The notes below the pieces were generated by a model that was given only the letters and a program-made list of their open reading frames with translations, did no database searches and was not told the origin of the DNA. 24,000 bases of DNA from an uncultured Oscillospiraceae bacterium. GTDB lineage: Bacteria; Bacillota; Clostridia; Oscillospirales; Feifaniaceae. Position numbers and translations under genes: made by a program. How positions within the stretch are numbered: the first letter of the stretch is position 1; each line of letters opens with the position of its first letter. Positions 1-7,130 of this stretch are shown piece by piece. Location of the stretch: NCBI GenBank assembly GCA_964369475.1, contig CAYJFK010000020.1, forward strand, positions 13,370-37,369. The letters are read 5' to 3'.

Positions 1-747
1 CTTTGGAGGTTTATCACTCGTTAGAACTATCTGCTTTTTTGCCTCGTAAAGCGAGTTAAATGTGTGGAAAAATTCCTCCTGCGTCTGCTCCTTGCCTGCC
101 AAAAACTGCACATCGTCTATCAAAAGGCAGTCGAGCAGTCTGTATTTTTCTCTAAAAGCAGCCATTGTACCCGAACGAATAGAGCCTACAAGCTCGTTTA
201 TAAAGTCCTCCCCTTTTATGTAGCCTATATTACAGCCGGGGTACTTTCTCTTCATCTGATTTCTAACGGCAAACAAAAGGTGAGTCTTGCCAAGCCCTGA
301 TCCGCCATATATAAAGAGCGGATTAAAAGCATCTCCCGGTGTGTCGGTAACGGCGATACAAGCGGCATGTGCAAGCTTGTTGGAACTGCCAACAATAAAG
401 TTAGGGAATGTATACCCTTCTATTGCGCTATACTGCCCCGGCGGCTCGTCGGGCGGTGGTGGTGGCGATATAGGTGTTTTTGATAATGGCGCATTCGGGT
501 CCTCGTTGCTCTTTATGGCAACATAAACGGGAAAGCCCATTACTATCTCTGCCTCACGCACAAAATCGTCGTGATACCTCGATTCTACCACCTGCTTTAC
601 AAAATCGGTGTCGCATTCTAAAACAAGTGTGTCTCCTTTAAATTCGAAGGGTCTTAAATTGTCTATCCATGTATCTATAATTACCTCTGTGTATAGGTTT
701 CTAAGTCGTGCATATATAACTTCCCATATTTCGTGTACTGATTTCAT
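1..747 (-). CDS. dnaA: Chromosomal replication initiator protein DnaA, N-terminal 249 codons (gene continues past the left edge)
   Basis: Absent from the ORF track because it is open at the window edge. Reverse-strand translation from ATG (745-747) gives MKSVHEIWEVIYARLRNLYTEVIIDTWIDNLRPFEF... Walker A LFIYGGSGLGKTHLL and LLIDDVQFLAGKEQTQEEFFHTFNSLYEAKKQIVLTSDKPPK are diagnostic DnaA AAA+ motifs. GGAGGAGG RBS (complement of 754-761) lies 6 nt upstream. Confidence 0.92.
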   Translation of the reverse strand, partial: MKSVHEIWEVIYARLRNLYTEVIIDTWIDNLRPFEFKGDTLVLECDTDFVKQVVESRYHDDFVREAEIVMGFPVYVAIKSNEDPNAPLSKTPISPPPPPDEPPGQYSAIEGYTFPNFIVGSSNKLAHAACIAVTDTPGDAFNPLFIYGGSGLGKTHLLFAVRNQMKRKYPGCNIGYIKGEDFINELVGSIRSGTMAAFREKYRLLDCLLIDDVQFLAGKEQTQEEFFHTFNSLYEAKKQIVLTSDKPPK

Positions 748-992
748 TAACATCCTCCTCCAATAATTGTTTTGCTAAACAACCCCACTTTTTGTGCTGA
801 AATTTATATTTTTATTTTCGAGCACAGTCTTATAATAAGACAAAAATATACAAAATAAACCAAAAAAATTGCATAGAAAATTTCACTTAAAATAGTGCAA
901 ATATGCCCCTATCTACACTACAATTTATTTAAAAAATTAAGCTTAATTTAAATGTCTTAAGAGTGGCTTTTTTAATGCTCTTTATATTGTAC

Positions 993-1021
993 TTGACATG
1001 GCGACAAATACATTATATTAT
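993..1021 (+). promoter_or_regulatory. Sigma-70/SigA-type promoter with no protein gene downstream
   Basis: TTGACA (993-998), 17-nt spacer, TATTAT (1016-1021). The next + strand feature is the hairpin/T-tract at 1192-1241. Confidence 0.4.
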
Positions 1022-1191
1022 ATAAATGTCTTATGGAAAAATAGCCGTAATAAGACGATTTATAATAAGTGGTACGTAGTAAAATTATAACACATTTTGC
1101 GATATTTTACAAGCACATTTTGCAAGGTTTTGCCCAAAAAAGCAAAGTTGTCATAAGATGTCATGCTTAAAAAACTTAAAATTACATAAGA

Positions 1192-1241
1192 ATACCGTAA
1201 AATCTATATTTATAAATAGACTTTACGGTATTTCTCTTTTT
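1192..1241 (+). terminator. Intrinsic terminator (may also act for the minus-strand amidohydrolase gene ending at 1290)
   Basis: 15-bp stem with one mismatch (ATACCGTAAAATCTA 1192-1206 / TAGACTTTACGGTAT 1217-1231) and a 10-nt loop. It is followed on the + strand by TTTCTCTTTTT. Confidence 0.6.
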
Positions 1242-1289
1242 ATGCTATTGTGCAGTTAAAATAAAGGGCTTTATACAAAGTGAAAATTT

Positions 1290-2879
1290 CTATTTGTTAT
1301 ACCTCAAAACCCTACCAAACCTTCCGCCCGTGTATATGCCGTCATCGACCGCTATCTTGCCGTCTACAACTACCGTTATAATACCCTCGGGATGACGTGC
1401 CGCCTCTTTAAAATCGGCAGTGTCGAGAATTTTCTCGGGGTCGAACAAAACAAGGTCGGCGACATTGCCAACATGAAGAACTCCTCTACCGAAAAAGCCA
1501 AAACGAGCGGCAGGAAGGCTTGTCATCTTGCGCACGGCCTCCTCGAGAGGCATAATGCCCTTTTCACGCACATAGCGAGCGAGCACCCTTGCAAAAGATC
1601 CATATGCACGGGGATGACACTTAACGCTATCCGACCCCGGCAAGGTGTCAGACCCTATCATGGTGTAGGGCGACTTCATAACGGTGCAAACATCCTCGTC
1701 ACTCATAGAGCCGTAGCCCACAAGATCGTGACCATTGTTAAGGGCGATTATATCAAGTGCCGTATCTATCGGGTCTTTGCCGTGAATTTCCGACGCTTCG
1801 AGCAGATTAAGCCCCTGATACTGCGGCGTGTGGGGAATGTAAAAGAGCAGTATGGCATCGGGCCCTGTAACGAGTTTAAATTGATTTTCCCAACCATCTA
1901 TGCCGTTATCTATATCCTCTCTAATTCTTCTCCTTACATCGGGGTCGGAGAGCCTTGCGACGGTCTCCTCCACTCCCCCTATCTGCGACCAAGGAGGGAG
2001 CACGGCACGAAGGGTAGTTGCCGATACATTGTACGGATACTGGTCGAGCGTTACATCTATTCCCTCATCACGTGCCGCCTCTATCATGCCGAGCGTTTTG
2101 TTAACGAGCCCCCAGTTGTGCGCCCCTGTGACCTTATGATGATGAATTTGCAGCTTACAGCCCGAGCGCCTCGAGATTTCAAGAACCTCCTCGACAGATG
2201 CCACAAGCTCGTCGCCCTCGTTTCTCATATGGCTTGCAAATATGCCGCCATACTCAACGAGCACCTCGCCAAGCGCTGCAAGCTCGTCTATTGAGCTCCA
2301 AACCCCCGGCGGATAAAATAGACCTGTCGACATGCCAAGCGCCCCTGCCTTCATGGCATCTCGTAGCATATCCTTCATCTTTTCGAGCTCGTCTGTTGTC
2401 GGCGCACGGTCTACAAAGCCCATGGCGGCAATTCTAAGTGTGCCATGACCTACATATGCCGCAAAATTAACGGCGGGCGGCAGTTTGTCGACATAAGAAA
2501 GATACTGCTCGAAAATTCTCCACTCAAAGGGAGGGTTAAGCCCTGCCAGCGTAAAGCCGACATAACGGCGAACTTCTTCTTCAATGTCGTCTGTCAGCGG
2601 AGCAGGAGTAAGGCCGCAAACGCCGCAGACCTGCGTTGTAACGCCCTGCATTAAATTGGCAAGCGTGTCGGGCATAGCCCCGATAATAGATTCATAATGG
2701 GCATGAGTATCTATAAACCCCGGCGCAAGAATATTGCCGCCGCAATCTATAACCCGTATTGCCTCACCGTCGCCACCGATAGCGGCAATCTTGCCGTCCT
2801 TAACAGCGAGCGACGACCTATACCAAGGTGCTCCCGTTCCGTCTACAATTCTTGCATTTTTAAAAAGAATGTCGTACAT
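1290..2879 (-). CDS. N-acyl-D-amino-acid deacylase (D-aminoacylase) family amidohydrolase
   Basis: 529-aa ORF. N-terminus MYDILFKNARIVDGTG...ILAPGFIDTHAHYE carries the HxH metal-binding motif of the amidohydrolase superfamily. Length and layout are typical of D-aminoacylases. GGAGGG RBS upstream. Confidence 0.85.
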   Translation of the reverse strand: MYDILFKNARIVDGTGAPWYRSSLAVKDGKIAAIGGDGEAIRVIDCGGNILAPGFIDTHAHYESIIGAMPDTLANLMQGVTTQVCGVCGLTPAPLTDDIEEEVRRYVGFTLAGLNPPFEWRIFEQYLSYVDKLPPAVNFAAYVGHGTLRIAAMGFVDRAPTTDELEKMKDMLRDAMKAGALGMSTGLFYPPGVWSSIDELAALGEVLVEYGGIFASHMRNEGDELVASVEEVLEISRRSGCKLQIHHHKVTGAHNWGLVNKTLGMIEAARDEGIDVTLDQYPYNVSATTLRAVLPPWSQIGGVEETVARLSDPDVRRRIREDIDNGIDGWENQFKLVTGPDAILLFYIPHTPQYQGLNLLEASEIHGKDPIDTALDIIALNNGHDLVGYGSMSDEDVCTVMKSPYTMIGSDTLPGSDSVKCHPRAYGSFARVLARYVREKGIMPLEEAVRKMTSLPAARFGFFGRGVLHVGNVADLVLFDPEKILDTADFKEAARHPEGIITVVVDGKIAVDDGIYTGGRFGRVLRYNK

Positions 2880-2902
2880 ATTTCCCTCCTAAAATAAAAA
2901 TA

Positions 2903-2917
2903 AGAACAAATGTTTGC
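2903..2917. promoter_or_regulatory. LexA operator (Cheo/SOS box)
   Basis: AGAACAAATGTTTGC matches the Gram-positive GAAC-N4-GTTY SOS box. It overlaps the -35 region of the lexA promoter. Confidence 0.75.
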
Positions 2918-2942
2918 TTTTTTGCATGAGCTGTGCTATAAT
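2914..2942 (+). promoter_or_regulatory. lexA promoter (extended -10)
   Basis: TTGCTT (2914-2919), 17-nt spacer containing TG at 2934-2935, TATAAT (2937-2942). Confidence 0.6.
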
Positions 2943-2998
2943 CAAATTAAGTATATTTTATTGTATTATTCACATTGTGTCAATGCGGAGGTTTTTTT

Positions 2999-3595
2999 AT
3001 GACAAAGGGCGAAAAGAAAAAGATGGAAGTCTATAATTTTATAAGAGACTTTATGGAAGATCAGGGTGTCCCCCCCACAACAAGGGAGATTGGCGACGGT
3101 GTTGGCTTAAAGTCGACCTCGACTGTTTTTATGTATATAAAAAAGCTCGAGGCAGATGGGCTGCTCGGCGGCAGTAGCGGCAGAAAAAGGGGCGCAATGC
3201 CGACAGAAAAAAGAGAGCCCTCGGCATATATCCCCATGCTCGGAACGGTAACGGCAGGCCAGCCAATTTTAGCTATCGAAAGCCACGAGGAGACAGTGCC
3301 TGTCGACCCATCATTTGTTAGAGGCAGAGAACTCTTTGCCCTAAAAATAAAGGGCGACAGCATGATAAATGCAGGCATTTTAGATAAAGACACAGTCTTT
3401 GTAGAACGCACCCCCGACGCAAGAAACGGCGAAATAGTAGTAGCCCTAATAGAAGACGAAGCAACGGTAAAGCGCTTTTACAAAAAAGAAAACGCCTTCT
3501 GGCTAATGCCCGAAAACGATGCCTATCAACCGATCATTGTGGAAGAAGTTGTTATTTTAGGCAAAGTGGTGGGGCTTTTTAGGGATTTTATATAG
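2999..3595 (+). CDS. lexA: LexA repressor (SOS regulator, S24 peptidase)
   Basis: Start placed at ATG 2999 (MTKGEKKK...) with GGAGG 8 nt upstream; the track ORF begins at 2975. N-terminal winged HTH (PPTTREIGDGVGLKSTSTVFMYIKKLE), Ala-Gly cleavage site (VTAGQP), catalytic Ser (KGDSM) and Lys (VKRF). Confidence 0.93.
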   Translation: MTKGEKKKMEVYNFIRDFMEDQGVPPTTREIGDGVGLKSTSTVFMYIKKLEADGLLGGSSGRKRGAMPTEKREPSAYIPMLGTVTAGQPILAIESHEETVPVDPSFVRGRELFALKIKGDSMINAGILDKDTVFVERTPDARNGEIVVALIEDEATVKRFYKKENAFWLMPENDAYQPIIVEEVVILGKVVGLFRDFI

Positions 3596-3613
3596 CAAAA
3601 TCGGAGATTTTGC

Positions 3614-3783
3614 AGGTAAGAAGTAATAGTGAATAAGTAACAACTATGGTGGAAAAACCAAAGGTTTTTCAATAATATATTCAATACTTAATTGCCAACG
3701 GCAATTAAGTTACCATACTTATTACCTATTCACTATTACTTATTACTTAACTTATTCACTTCTTCACTATTACTTATTACTTA
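3614..3783. repeat. Foldback unit 1L: arm - module B - module A - arm' (arm' doubled)
   Basis: Arm AGGTAAG AAGTAAT AGTGAAT AAGTAAC AACTATG G (3614-3649). B is GAAAAACC-AAA-GGTTTTTC (3652-3670). A is CTTAATTGCC-AAC-GGCAATTAAG (3687-3709). The inverted arm spans 3710-3783 with about 10 heptads. Confidence 0.85.
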
Positions 3784-3803
3784 AAAAAAGAGGAGCGTTT
3801 TTT

Positions 3804-4160
3804 ATGAAGGACAGTGAACTTACCCGTCAGTCGGTAGAGCTTTCTGTTTGTATTGTGGAATATTATAAGTGGCTTGTTTATGAGAAAAAAGAATTTGTTA
3901 TGTCTAAGCAGCTACTTAAAAGTGGAACAAGTGTTGGTGCGAATATTCACGAGGCTTTTTATGGAGTTAGTAAGGCAGACTTTATTTCCAAAATGCAGAT
4001 AGCTCTAAAAGAGTGTGCAGAAAGTGAGTATTGGCTCATAATCTTAAAACGCACAAACTATTTTGATATTAAATTTAACCAATTGGAAAACTATATAAAA
4101 TCCCTCAAAAAAATGCTAATATCCACATTAAATACTTCAAAAAAAAGCTTCAATGAGTAA
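3804..4160 (+). CDS. Four-helix-bundle protein (23S rRNA intervening-sequence protein family, PF05635/TIGR02436-like; Avd-like fold)
   Basis: 118-aa ORF with GAGGAG RBS at 3790-3795. The core LLKSGTSVGANIHEAFYGVSKADFISKMQIALKECAESEYWLIIL matches the family signature (QLxRSxxSIxANIAEG...DFxxxxxIAxGSxxEtxYWL). Confidence 0.85.
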   Translation: MKDSELTRQSVELSVCIVEYYKWLVYEKKEFVMSKQLLKSGTSVGANIHEAFYGVSKADFISKMQIALKECAESEYWLIILKRTNYFDIKFNQLENYIKSLKKMLISTLNTSKKSFNE

Positions 4161-4178
4161 TAACTCATTGAAGCTTTT
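4143..4178 (+). terminator. Hairpin spanning the stop codon of the four-helix-bundle gene
   Basis: 15-bp perfect stem AAAAGCTTCAATGAG (4143-4157) / CTCATTGAAGCTTTT (4164-4178) with loop TAATAA containing the stop. A-run and T-run sit inside the stem ends. Confidence 0.5.
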
Positions 4179-4314
4179 TAAGTAAAAAGTAATAGTGAAT
4201 AGGTAATAAGTATGGTAACTTAATTGCCTGTGGCAATTAAGTATTTTATATTATATAGAAAAACCTTTGGTTTTTCCTCCATACTTCTTACTTCTTCACT
4301 ATTACTTATTACCT
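4179..4314. repeat. Foldback unit 1R: arm - module A - module B - arm'
   Basis: Arm AAGTAAA AAGTAAT AGTGAAT AGGTAAT AAGTATG G. A is ACTTAATTGCC-TGT-GGCAATTAAGT (4218-4242). B is GAAAAACC-TTT-GGTTTTTC (4258-4276). The inverted arm spans 4277-4314. Confidence 0.85.
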
Positions 4315-4334
4315 GCAAAATCTTCGATTTTGCC

Positions 4335-6389
4335 TTATACCTCCGTTATAACCGGCAGTATCATTGGGCTTCTCTTTGTTTTATGATAAATATAGCCCGA
4401 AAGTGCATTCTTTATAGCGCTCTTTAGTGCGCCGAATTCGATTGGCATCATGGGGAGGGTTTTGTCTAAGGCGGTGCGTAGTGCGTCGTGTGCGCCGTCC
4501 ATTAGATCCTCTGATTCCTTAACAAATACAAAGCCTCTCGAAACGAGCTCGGGTTGGGAGACAAGCTCGCCTGTGGCACGGTCTACTGTCAAGGCTACAA
4601 CTACAAGGCCGTCCTCGGCGAGGTGCTTTCTGTCACGAAGGACAACACTGCCAACGTCGCCGACACCTATTCCGTCTATAAGCACCTTGCCCGAAGGCAC
4701 TGTACCGTTTAGCTTGCAGCTGTTTGCCGTCATTTCTATAACTCGGCCTATCTCGGAAACAAAAATTCTGCTCTCGTCTATGCCCATTAATTTTGCTGTT
4801 GCAGCGTGGGCAACGAGGTGAGAGTATTCGCCGTGTATCGGAATAAAATATTTCGGCTTTGTAAGTGCCAAAACGAGCTTTTGTTCCTCTTGCGAGGCAT
4901 GGCCCGAAACGTGAACCTCTGCTTGTTTTGTCGTTATTACCTCTGCGCCCCTTTTAAGAAGTCCGTTTATAACCTTGGAGACAGTCTTTTCATTGCCGGG
5001 GATTGGAGAGGCCGAAATAATAACAAGGTCGTCTGGCCCAACTTCAACATTCCTGTGCTCACTCGCCGCCATTCTTGAAAGAGCCGACATGGGCTCGCCC
5101 TGACTGCCGGTAGTAACGAGCACAACACGGTGTGGCTCGTAGTCCTTAATGCGGTCTATGTCTATCAAAATGCCTTCTTCCACATCGATAACACCGAGAG
5201 CAATTGCGGCATTAACATTGTTGATCATAGAGCGACCCGAAACAGCGACCTTTCGTCCTTGCTTGGAGGCGGCATCTATTATCTGCTTAACCCTGTGAAT
5301 GTTAGAGGCAAATGTCGTAACTATAATACGTTTTTTTGTCGTCTCGAAAAGGCGGTCGATGGCACGGGCAACAACATGCTCGCTCTTTGTGTGTCCTGCC
5401 CTCTCGGAATTTGTCGAGTCGGAAAGAAGTGCCAAAACACCCTTTTTACCAAGCTCGCCAAGGCGTGCAAGATCTATCATCTCGCCGTCTATCGGGGTCG
5501 TGTCAATCTTAAAGTCGCCTGTAAATATAATGCGGCCGGCAGGTGTTTCTATGCCGAGCATACATGCATCGGGAATGGAGTGGTTGGCACGAATTATCTC
5601 GACCTTAAAAGAGCCTAAGGTAAGCACATCGCCGTATTCTACTTGATATAGCTCGGTAGTGGCGGTAAGCTTGTGCTCGTCGAGCTTGTTTTTAACAAGT
5701 CCGCATGTAAGCCTTGTGCCGTAGACAGGCGCATTAACCTGCTTTAAAAGGTAGGGTATGCCGCCCGTGTGGTCTTCGTGACCGTGGGTAATAACGATAC
5801 CACGGAGCTTGCTTGCGTTGTTTACCACATAGGTAAAATCGGGTATAACAAGATCGACTCCGGGCATAGAATCGTCGGGGAAGGCTATGCCGCAGTCGAG
5901 CACAAGCATGTCGTCGCCGCACTCGATTACAGTAAGGTTTTTGCCGACCTCGTGCAGTCCGCCAAGCGGGATAATGCGTAGCTTGGAGGAGTTGTCTGTC
6001 TTTAGTGCGGGCGAGCGCTTTAGAATATTTTGCGGCACTCTCGGTGCGGCAGGTTGTGGGGCTTTTCTTGTAGTCATTATCTTGGCACCGCCACGGCGCT
6101 TGTTATTTCTTCCCTTGTTTTGACCGCCCTGACCATTAGATCCTTGTCCACCCTGACCGCTCGTCTTGGTCTGATTTGTATTTGCAGGGGCTGTGCCCTC
6201 TGCTTGCTTGTTTTGCGCCTCGGGCTTTTTCTTAGGCTGAGAGCCGCCCTGTTTGCCGCCTCTCTTGCCTCTGCCTCCCTCGGGCTTTTGAGCGCTCTCT
6301 CCTCTTTTGTCGAAAATAGAGGGCATAACCTCTCCCACATTTTGGGTAGAAGGCCGAGCCTTGCGCTTGGGTTTGTTGTCTTTGTTCAT
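4335..6389 (-). CDS. rnj: Ribonuclease J (metallo-beta-lactamase/beta-CASP) with a ~130-aa basic low-complexity N-terminal extension
   Basis: 684-aa ORF. Contains LRIIPLGGLHEVGKNLTVIE, the HxHxDH motif (ITHGHEDHTGG) and the beta-CASP and C-terminal domains. An alternative internal start at M105 (ATG 6075-6077) would give a canonical ~580-aa protein. Confidence 0.9.
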   Translation of the reverse strand: MNKDNKPKRKARPSTQNVGEVMPSIFDKRGESAQKPEGGRGKRGGKQGGSQPKKKPEAQNKQAEGTAPANTNQTKTSGQGGQGSNGQGGQNKGRNNKRRGGAKIMTTRKAPQPAAPRVPQNILKRSPALKTDNSSKLRIIPLGGLHEVGKNLTVIECGDDMLVLDCGIAFPDDSMPGVDLVIPDFTYVVNNASKLRGIVITHGHEDHTGGIPYLLKQVNAPVYGTRLTCGLVKNKLDEHKLTATTELYQVEYGDVLTLGSFKVEIIRANHSIPDACMLGIETPAGRIIFTGDFKIDTTPIDGEMIDLARLGELGKKGVLALLSDSTNSERAGHTKSEHVVARAIDRLFETTKKRIIVTTFASNIHRVKQIIDAASKQGRKVAVSGRSMINNVNAAIALGVIDVEEGILIDIDRIKDYEPHRVVLVTTGSQGEPMSALSRMAASEHRNVEVGPDDLVIISASPIPGNEKTVSKVINGLLKRGAEVITTKQAEVHVSGHASQEEQKLVLALTKPKYFIPIHGEYSHLVAHAATAKLMGIDESRIFVSEIGRVIEMTANSCKLNGTVPSGKVLIDGIGVGDVGSVVLRDRKHLAEDGLVVVALTVDRATGELVSQPELVSRGFVFVKESEDLMDGAHDALRTALDKTLPMMPIEFGALKSAIKNALSGYIYHKTKRSPMILPVITEV

Positions 6390-6538
6390 TCATGTGTCCT
6401 TTCGAATAATGTTGTTTGTCATATTAAAGCCGCTTTTGTCAGCCGGCATTTTTTTCACAGCTGATAGGCGGAAATATTCTTGTTTAGTATTTATGTTATT
6501 ATATGTTATTTTTCTATATATTGTAGTATTTACAATAT

Positions 6539-6567
6539 ATTATACAAACTGTAAAATATATTGTAAA
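6539..6567 (-). promoter_or_regulatory. Candidate rnj promoter
   Basis: Minus-sense TTTACA (6562-6567), 17-nt spacer ending in TG, TATAAT (6539-6544). This predicts a ~140-nt leader. Confidence 0.5.
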
Positions 6568-6604
6568 ATTCCAAGTCTTATAATCGGCATTCACAGGTAA
6601 TATT

Positions 6605-7117
6605 CTACAATAAGTATAATATCTTATATACCTTTGAAACGAGCTCGACCCTGTCTACATATGTCGCCGTCTCGGTATAGGGGATGTCGCCACGGCCTAT
6701 GCCATCGGCTATCCAGCCCTCTACACGGTTTGGGCCTGCGTTGTAAGAGGCAAGGGCGATCCATAGCGAGTTGCCCTCCATAAGCATTGACAGATAGTAA
6801 CTGCCGTAATCAATATTAACGGCGGCACTATATAAATCTTCTTGTGGCAGATCTCGTTTTTGCCTTAACCATTCGTATGTGTCGGGCATTATCTGCATTA
6901 AACCGCAAGCGCCGACAGGGGAGGTTGCATTTTCGTTAAATCTGCTCTCTGCCCAAATAACGGCATAAATAAGCTCCTCGGGAATGCCGTGATCGGTGGC
7001 GGCGGCGCTTACCTCTGCCCTATAATCTCGGGGGAATAGCTCTGTTAGCTGAAAAAGTGCCAAACAAAAGAGCAATGTTAAAGAGAGCAAAGAGACAAAA
7101 ACTCTCCTTGCCGCCAT
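6605..7117 (-). CDS. Lytic transglycosylase (SLT domain) with N-terminal membrane anchor
   Basis: SLT catalytic motif AVIWAESRFNENATSPVGACGLMQIMPDTYEW. Start placed at ATG 7115-7117 (MAARRVFVSLLSLTLLF..., signal/anchor). The track start at 7189 would overlap coaE by 59 nt. Confidence 0.8.
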   Translation of the reverse strand: MAARRVFVSLLSLTLLFCLALFQLTELFPRDYRAEVSAAATDHGIPEELIYAVIWAESRFNENATSPVGACGLMQIMPDTYEWLRQKRDLPQEDLYSAAVNIDYGSYYLSMLMEGNSLWIALASYNAGPNRVEGWIADGIGRGDIPYTETATYVDRVELVSKVYKILYLL

Positions 7118-7130
7118 CTTTTTCTTTTTA

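Larger units (their letters stand above)
3595..4333. mobile_element. Composite heptad-armed foldback element carrying a four-helix-bundle (IVS-protein family) gene
   Basis: 3595-3750 and 4179-4333 are inverted copies: the outer 39 nt match 34/39, the inner 40 nt match 39/40, and the hairpin modules are identical. Both extremities carry GCAAAATC-N3-GATTTTGC hairpins (3595-3613, 4315-4333). The element fills the whole gap between the lexA stop (3593-3595) and the rnj stop (4335-4337). Confidence 0.8.

Noticed and set aside
748-1289. Calling this spacer oriC.
   Set aside because: It is AT-rich and adjacent to dnaA, but no TTATCCACA box with fewer than two mismatches was found on either strand. 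It is left as an open question in the findings.
1392-2294. 300-aa + strand ORF, and the many other 60-220-aa track ORFs antisense to or nested in rnj, prfA, tsaC, metG, the helicase, kbl, dnaA and others.
   Set aside because: These are shadow ORFs opposite well-supported genes. They have no RBS and no recognisable motifs, and their composition is typical of antisense translation.
3611-3621. Resemblance of TTTTGCAG|GTAAGAAGT to eukaryotic 3'/5' splice-site consensus, or to group II intron ends.
   Set aside because: This is a bacterial context. There is no GUGYG 5' end, no domain V and no intron ORF. GTAAG is simply the heptad unit.
3804-4160. Diversity-generating retroelement (the Avd-like protein suggests a DGR).
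   Set aside because: There is no reverse transcriptase ORF and no TR/VR repeat pair anywhere in the window. The repeats flanking the gene are inverted foldbacks.
4224-4427. 67-aa + strand ORF spanning foldback unit 1R into rnj.
   Set aside because: It is a translation of repeat arms plus antisense rnj, with no RBS.
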